The notes under the pieces were generated by a model. It saw nothing but the letters and a program-made list of their open reading frames with translations. It was not told the origin of the DNA and made no database searches. A stretch of DNA of 5,645 nucleotides from a virus. Both the position numbers and the translations under genes were made by a program. Below, piece after piece: positions 4,774-5,645 of the stretch (its first letter is position 1; the number at the start of each line of letters is the position of its first letter). The stretch covers positions 1-5,645 of IMG/VR virus record IMGVR_UViG_3300020030_000032. One strand, given 5' to 3'.

Positions 4774-5015
4774 TGCTGAAACGTTATTATGCAATCTATG
4801 ACAAGGTGGCCAAAACCTTCAGCGGCCTCTTCGAGCAGCAGAACGACGCAGTTGCAAGCAGGCTCTTCGAAAGCCAGCAGAAAAACAAAGACAGCTTTAT
4901 CAGCGTCAAGCCGGAGGATTTCCGGCTGCACTACGTCTGCACGATGGAGGACGAGACCGGCGAAATCGTCGATAACACCAACATGTGCGTATGCGAGGGA
5001 AAGCCCAATGAGTGA
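4773..5015 (+). CDS. Conserved microvirus small non-structural protein, 80 aa (equivalence to chlamydiaphage VP5 uncertain)
   Basis: MLKRYYAIYDKVAKTFSGLFEQQNDAVASRLFESQQKNKDSFISVKPEDFRLHYVCTMEDETGEIV... fits the pattern I recall from many gokushovirus genomes (IYD-K-A--F---F---ND--A-R-F ... PEDF-L ... D--TGEI). AGGAGG at 4755-4760 is 12 nt upstream. The position just upstream of VP3 is typical. Confidence 0.75.
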   Translation: MLKRYYAIYDKVAKTFSGLFEQQNDAVASRLFESQQKNKDSFISVKPEDFRLHYVCTMEDETGEIVDNTNMCVCEGKPNE

Positions 5016-5511
5016 GTTTCGGAGCGCATACAGCGGACAGTTACGGCATACGAGCCTGACCGGCAACGGCCACGAGCCTAAGTATGAGTACAGGGTGACA
5101 GACGAGGGACGGGAGCTGGTAAAGACCGGCGAGACAGACGTCTATGCACTCATCCAGAGCAGACTGGATGAAACCAAAATCGAAAACATCATCAAGCGGG
5201 CAACATACGACCCTACCGCATTGGGTAGTCAGGACTGGCAGACCAGCGAGACGATGACCGATATTTCGGACGCACCGACAAACTACCACGAGTGGTACGG
5301 ACGTATCAAGGACGCAGAAGCAGAGTTTGACAAGCTGCCCATCGAGATTAAGAACAAATGGGACAATGATGTAGAAAAGTACATCATGGCCTACGGCACC
5401 AAGGAGTGGGCGAGCAAAATGGGCATTTCGACGAAAACAAGCGATGCAGCACAGGCTAATCAGAGCGAGTCCAAGGACAAAATGCACAAAAATAAGGAGG
5501 TGAGTGAGTGA
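5008..5511 (+). CDS. VP3: Internal scaffolding protein VP3, 167 aa
   Basis: This is the in-frame internal ATG of listed ORF 4789-5511, with gaggga (4995-5000) 7 nt upstream. Its start overlaps the upstream stop (ATGAGTGA). Sequence: MSEFRSAYSGQ...DVYALIQSRLDETKIENIIKRA...DISDAPTNYHEWYGRIKDAEAEFDKLPIEIKNKWDNDVEKYI.... The acidic, helical character, the LP-EI-K-F/W-N block and the position directly upstream of VP1 match gokushovirus VP3. The listed 73-aa N-terminal extension is an Arg/Ser-rich alternative frame of the 80-aa gene. Confidence 0.85.
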   Translation: MSEFRSAYSGQLRHTSLTGNGHEPKYEYRVTDEGRELVKTGETDVYALIQSRLDETKIENIIKRATYDPTALGSQDWQTSETMTDISDAPTNYHEWYGRIKDAEAEFDKLPIEIKNKWDNDVEKYIMAYGTKEWASKMGISTKTSDAAQANQSESKDKMHKNKEVSE

Positions 5512-5645
5512 ACCGCAACAGTGAAAACAGATTCGCGGAAAATCCGCAGGTCGGAGTAAGCCGCAGCCGATTCCAGCGCAACAGCGACAACAAAACGACC
5601 TTCAACACCGGCGACCTGATTCCGGTCTATCTGGACGAAGTACTG
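5508..5645 (+). CDS. VP1: Major capsid protein VP1, N-terminal part (GTG start), continuing at nt 1 across the circular junction
   Basis: GTG at 5508-5510 is the first start codon after the in-frame TGA at 5505-5507. AAGGAGG at 5494-5500 is 7 nt upstream. GTGA overlaps the VP3 stop. Translation: (M)NRNSENRFAENPQVGVSRSRFQ.... From 5525 onward this duplicates nt 1-121. Confidence 0.88.
   Translation, partial: MNRNSENRFAENPQVGVSRSRFQRNSDNKTTFNTGDLIPVYLDEVL
5525..5645. repeat. Terminal redundancy, copy 2 (identical to 1-121)
   Basis: Exact 121/121 identity to the window start. Confidence 0.95.

Noticed and set aside
4789-5007. N-terminal 73 aa of the listed 240-aa ORF (MQSMTRWPKPSAASSSSRTTQLQAGSS...)
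   Set aside because: This Arg/Ser/Thr-rich, low-complexity translation is the alternative frame of the well-supported 80-aa gene (4773-5015). The recognisable scaffold sequence starts at the internal ATG 5008, which has its own SD and a stop/start overlap. The long form is a read-through artefact of ORF calling.
410-5487. All minus-strand ORFs in the track (410-769, 564-857, 1127-1654, 1149-1340, 1809-2069, 1943-2209, 2288-2488, 2326-2565, 3199-3393, 4107-4313, 4226-4408, 4297-4548, 4500-5066, 4585-4794, 5041-5487)
   Set aside because: Each lies antisense to a + strand gene with clear homology or signals. The translations are Cys/Leu/Arg/Val-rich, typical of antisense frames. Microviridae transcribe a single strand. 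I found no SD or promoter support for any of them.

Overview
The window is one complete, circularly permuted genome of a Gokushovirinae-like microvirus (Microviridae, small circular ssDNA phage). Nt 1-121 are identical to nt 5525-5645, so the unit genome is 5,524 nt and the window is a circle written with a 121-nt overlap. All credible genes are on the + strand.

Gene order: major capsid protein VP1 starts at GTG 5508, crosses the junction and ends at 1606. It is followed by the DNA pilot/minor capsid protein VP2 (1646-2440) and the HUH rolling-circle replication initiator VP4 (2441-3463).

Next comes an unusually long (~460 nt) AT-rich non-coding region:
- a perfect 15-bp hairpin
- an AT-only palindrome
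- nine same-strand copies of GTTGAAA(A) in two phased clusters
- two sigma70-like promoters

After that come three orphan small ORFs (61, 60 and 68 aa), the first two bracketed by their own promoter and terminator. Then follow a 39-aa highly basic ORF8/J-like DNA-binding peptide that is below the ORF-track cutoff (4654-4773), a conserved 80-aa microvirus non-structural protein (4773-5015), and the internal scaffolding protein VP3 (5008-5511).

The core phage genes are textbook. The parts worth a second look:
- the roughly 1.1 kb AT-rich accessory/regulatory segment (3464-4560), including its iteron-like array and orphan cassette
- a hairpin-split Shine-Dalgarno in front of VP2
- the absence of any recognisable lysis gene

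No tRNA, rRNA, CRISPR array, transposase or integrase is visible.
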